In this document: positions 63,811 to 64,000 of the stretch, piece after piece
Position numbering within the stretch: position 1 is the first letter of the stretch
How the letters are laid out: every line of letters starts with the position of its first letter
Assembly (NCBI GenBank): GCA_002269645.1
Contig: NIVC01003250.1
Coordinates: 1 to 64,000 of the forward strand
Direction of reading: 5' to 3'
Source: Macrostomum lignano
Taxonomy: Eukaryota
Length of the DNA stretch: 64,000 bases
The notes under the pieces: generated by a model
Told to the model about the DNA's origin: nothing
What the model saw: only the letters and a program-made list of their open reading frames with translations
The model's database searches: none
Made by a program: the position numbers and the translations under genes

Positions 63811-64000
63811 AAAGATAAATATGCTTGTTGCCTGTCTACCATTAAATTTATAATCTTTTTGCAGCTATATTTAGAAATTTAATCTTAATTTTTGCTATTT
63901 GGCAGCCGTACACTTGTAAAAACGTTTAGAGTAAACTCAAGTCAGAACTTTTTGCAGCAATATTCTTCTCCTATTCTTTGTTTTAATTACGTTTTAATTG

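Overview
Eukaryotic animal genomic DNA: GC-rich exons with poly-Ala/Gln/Gly tracts, spliceosomal introns, and about half the window made of micro- and minisatellites. The style suggests a free-living flatworm such as Macrostomum, which is an inference only. Genes supported by sequence: (1) a 5'-truncated ARM-like/TIR/SAM-like gene (+, <1-4445); (2) a 9-exon K+-dependent Na/Ca exchanger, NCKX/SLC24 (+, 9713-18581); (3) an intronless hnRNP A1-type double-RRM gene (+, 20650-22068); (4,5) two tandem minus-strand coiled-coil genes sharing a C-terminal motif (25896-26600 and 28977-30118); (6) a coiled-coil hypothetical gene (+, 32145-32942); (7) a small 2-exon single-pass membrane protein (+, 42536-43759); (8) a 3-exon NTAN1-like gene whose catalytic His is replaced by Lys (-, 48276-50451); (9) an intronless EGFR-family receptor kinase broken by two single-base frameshifts (+, 58399-62868). 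Mobile DNA: an element with inverted ends carrying a decayed Crypton/DUF3504-like recombinase fragment, a short MITE-like relative with the same ends, a foldback-like element and a hAT end. Main oddities: a 13-copy tandem array of Pol III B-box/tRNA T-arm units between divergent genes, and a dispersed minisatellite family sharing a 23-nt core. No rRNA, complete tRNA or CRISPR array was found. Exon boundaries were derived by hand from GT/GC-AG sites and phase continuity. Family assignments come from remembered motifs, not database searches.
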